Positions 61,231-64,000 of a stretch of 64,000 nt of DNA are shown here, piece by piece. Source of the DNA: Basidiobolus meristosporus CBS 931.73 (lineage: Eukaryota > Fungi > Basidiobolomycota). Where the stretch lies: NCBI GenBank assembly GCA_002104905.1, contig MCFE01000115.1:1-64000 (forward strand), given 5' to 3'. The notes under the pieces were generated by a model, which saw only the letters and a list, made by a program, of their open reading frames with translations, did no database searches and was not told where the DNA came from. A program made the position numbers and the translations under genes. The stretch's first letter is position 1. Each line of letters opens with the position of its first letter.

Positions 61231-62100
61231 TGTAGTGGGGTGAGAGTGACACCCACTGACAGATGTGCTCATTCCCTTCTTTTCTACTTCCTTATATCTC
61301 TACTACACTTATTTTAGTTTTATCCCATTTGTCTTGCCCAATCAGTACTATCCCATAAGCCGGTTGACTATCACACCTGCTTACCTTATTGCATAAATTA
61401 CCGCTCACTTTATGTAAGATTACTAGCTATAAGTACTTCTATATTAGGCAAGTACCCGTGGCATATGATCAACCTGTATCACCATCCCTACCATTTCCTT
61501 ACCATATATGGTATACCTATGTTACACCGGTTTCAGAATACTGATTCCTGATTGGTTGGATGTGCTGTGCCTTTTAGAACCTTCCAGTACCTACTTAGAA
61601 CATTCTTAGGTCATTCTGATGTCATTCAGATTTTGATTGATATCTGGAACCTTCTGGAACACCATGATTAGTAATCACTTAGCCAGTGGGAAAAGTATAT
61701 AAGGGAGGCTATCCCTCAACAATAAATCATCATCCCTTTTATCAATATACCAACTTGTTGATTAGTGTGATCACTGCTACCTGAATTTCCAACCCCAGAC
61801 CATAGGACACTCCCAGGAAACCACGCTGACAGCAAACTGACCTTGGAGGCACTACTTGTGAGGAATACTCAGAGTAGGTATCTTTTATCATATTTGATTC
61901 TTTCCCAAGTTTGTTCTTGTACAGGTAAAGCTACTTTTCTGCCTTTGTAACTATTGACCACAGCTGCATTCTTATCAAGTCCCTGCTGGTGGAGTACACA
62001 GTTGTTTTGACTTTGGAAGCTTTAGTACATTGTCATCTCAAAGGACGCTGAACCTAGCCCATACTTTTGTGAAGATGCCAACTAAGTTAGGGATTGTAGC
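61231..62100 (+). mobile_element. Unclassified LTR-like insertion
   Basis: Starts with TG exactly where the Copia protease region breaks; TATATAAG at about 61697 and AATAAA at about 61721. The right end was not resolved. Confidence 0.4.
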
Positions 62101-62143
62101 TCAATACTTTGGTTACAAATAACTGTTCATTAGTAGTTATATG

Positions 62144-62525
62144 GACCTTTTTTTTGGATCAATGTTGTGCATGATGAGTAAGGGCACAAAAGGATTGAAG
62201 ATGTGCACCTGGTACTCAATACCCATGGCACTCTGAATCTAGCTCCTGTGGCTTGCATCATCTCACAAAGATGCGTGGCACTATCTTGATTCACTGGTAC
62301 TATCTGGCACTTAAAGTGCTTTGTATAGGTCTTACTTTAGGGCAAAGATTTTAATATAGTGCCTGATAGTACCAGTGGACCAAGGTAGTGCCATGCATTT
62401 TTGTGACATAATGCAACCTACAGGAGCTAGATTCAGAGTACCATGGGTATTGAGTACCAGGTGCACATCTTCAGTCCTTTTGTGCTCTTACACATCATGC
62501 ACAACATTGATCCAAAGAAAAGGTC
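62144..62525. repeat. Foldback element: inverted arms of about 168 bp around a 46-bp spacer
   Basis: 62144-62311 is the reverse complement of 62358-62525 at roughly 90% identity by eye. Confidence 0.92.
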
Positions 62526-62699
62526 AAAAAATTGATTTTCTCCAGTTTAATGGGTGAAACATAGGGCTGCTTTGCATGAAGATGCAGAACTATGTTTCAC
62601 ACTCTGTGGCCAAGTATAGACTTACTTGGCCTCCCTGGCACACTATAGCATCATTTGGCACTGATGGCTCAATGTGGCACCATCCATGGGAACAAGTCT

Positions 62700-64000
62700 A
62701 TTAAGTTAATGCATTAAACTTGGCTAGTGGTGGAAAGGTCTCAGTATAGTCTTGTCCTTTTGTCTGAGAGTATCCTTTGGCTATAATTATTTCTTTGTTT
62801 CTTTCACTTGTACCATCTGCCTGTTATCTTGTTGTAGACACATCTACATTCAGTCAATTTTTAGTTGATTAGTAACTTCACCAAGTCCCAAGTTTTGTTA
62901 TCAATCATGGCCTAATACTCCTCAGTCATTTCAGCTCCCCAAGACTTTGTCTGTGGGCTGATCAGAGCCTCTTTTACAGTCTGAGCACATTAATATGCAC
63001 TGAATGCATAGGCTCAGTTTGTACCCTCATTATTATAGTAATCTGGGCAATTTCTGGTATAGTGGGATATCCTGTCTTGTAGTGCCAGAATGATAACTTC
63101 TGGGATATGCCTGGGTGCTTAATCATGCTGTGCCATGATTGTAGAGTCCTCTGCAGGTTCAATATCTTCACTGTTGTGATCTGATGCAACTTTGACAGGT
63201 GGTGGACTTACTATCAGATTTTCATCTTTTTCTGATGTCATTTTTAGTGAAAACTTCAATTCTTATAAAACAACCCATCCCAGGACTTAATCAGCTTCTT
63301 TGCTATGATGTTGCTTACTCTCATTGCAATAGATCATAATATTCATTTTACAAATTTTGGTTCATATCTCCTATGAATTCTGGGCATCTTCTTGACATAT
63401 GCTTCACACCCAGATAATCTTAGATGCGCTGTACTTGAACTGTTTCCATACCATGCCTCACTAGAGTAGAATCACTAAGTATTCTGCTATTACTGCTACT
63501 TTTGAGTTATACAGCTGTAGCAACTGATTCCCCCAAAAAATGATAGGATAATTTAAATCATGGATCATTGCTCTTGCCATATAAATGATGGATCTGTTTG
63601 CACATTCTGACACTCCATTTCACTGTGGAGAGTATGATATAATGTCTCTTGCTCTATTTCATGAATCTTGTGGAAGTGAATGAATAGATTTGAGGTACAT
63701 TTTTCACCATTGTCTGTGCATATTTTCTTGTTTTTTCACCAGTCTCTCTCTCCATCATGGCTATTAGCTCCTGAGCTTAGAGAGTGCCTCTTCCTTTCTG
63801 TCCATGCTGTAGACCAATGTGTATCTTATATAATCATCAATAAAAGGGATCAAGTACTTGATTGCACCTAGCAATATATTTTACATAGGTCCACATCAAT
63901 TGCAGTGAATCAGATCCAATTGTTTGTAAGCTTTGTTTAGCCCATAACTCTTGAGCAGTTGTCTAGCATTTTTCCTATATGTGCAGGCTTTGCAGTGCTC
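62700..64000 (-). mobile_element. Ty1/Copia family 1 degenerate fragment (integrase to RT start), continuing off the right edge
   Basis: DNA homology to copy B 38.3-39.65 kb on the minus strand. Confidence 0.85.

Noticed and set aside
1-64000. tRNA, rRNA or snRNA genes
   Set aside because: None recognised by eye; tRNAscan-SE and Infernal would be needed to exclude them.

Overview
Eukaryotic (fungal) nuclear DNA, probably from an early-diverging lineage; this is inferred from short GT-AG introns, alpha-aminoadipate lysine pathway homocitrate synthase, and animal-like Kv and RapGAP genes. The window has two sharply separated halves. (1) About 1-30.3 kb is a compact, CpG-normal gene island: U1A/U2B''-like snRNP protein, RapGAP, homocitrate synthase (with tandem Gcn4-type sites upstream), an intronless group-1 truncated haemoglobin with three Cys-Pro motifs, an MFS transporter, mitochondrial S14, a Kv channel, DBP4, four contiguous mitochondrial-metabolism genes (LPD1, PDA1, MPP-beta/core-1, SDH4), two secreted Ser/Thr-rich proteins and a DUF726 hydrolase. 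(2) About 30.3-64 kb is an AT-rich, strongly CpG-depleted block of nested transposons: at least two Ty1/Copia families (one near-intact 4.7 kb copy with 349-bp LTRs, a 5-bp TSD and a half-tRNA-iMet primer site), Ty3/Gypsy remnants, solo LTRs with TSDs, CACTA transposase remnants, a 211-bp MITE and a 380-bp foldback element. Exon boundaries and alignments were read by eye; no database searches were run.
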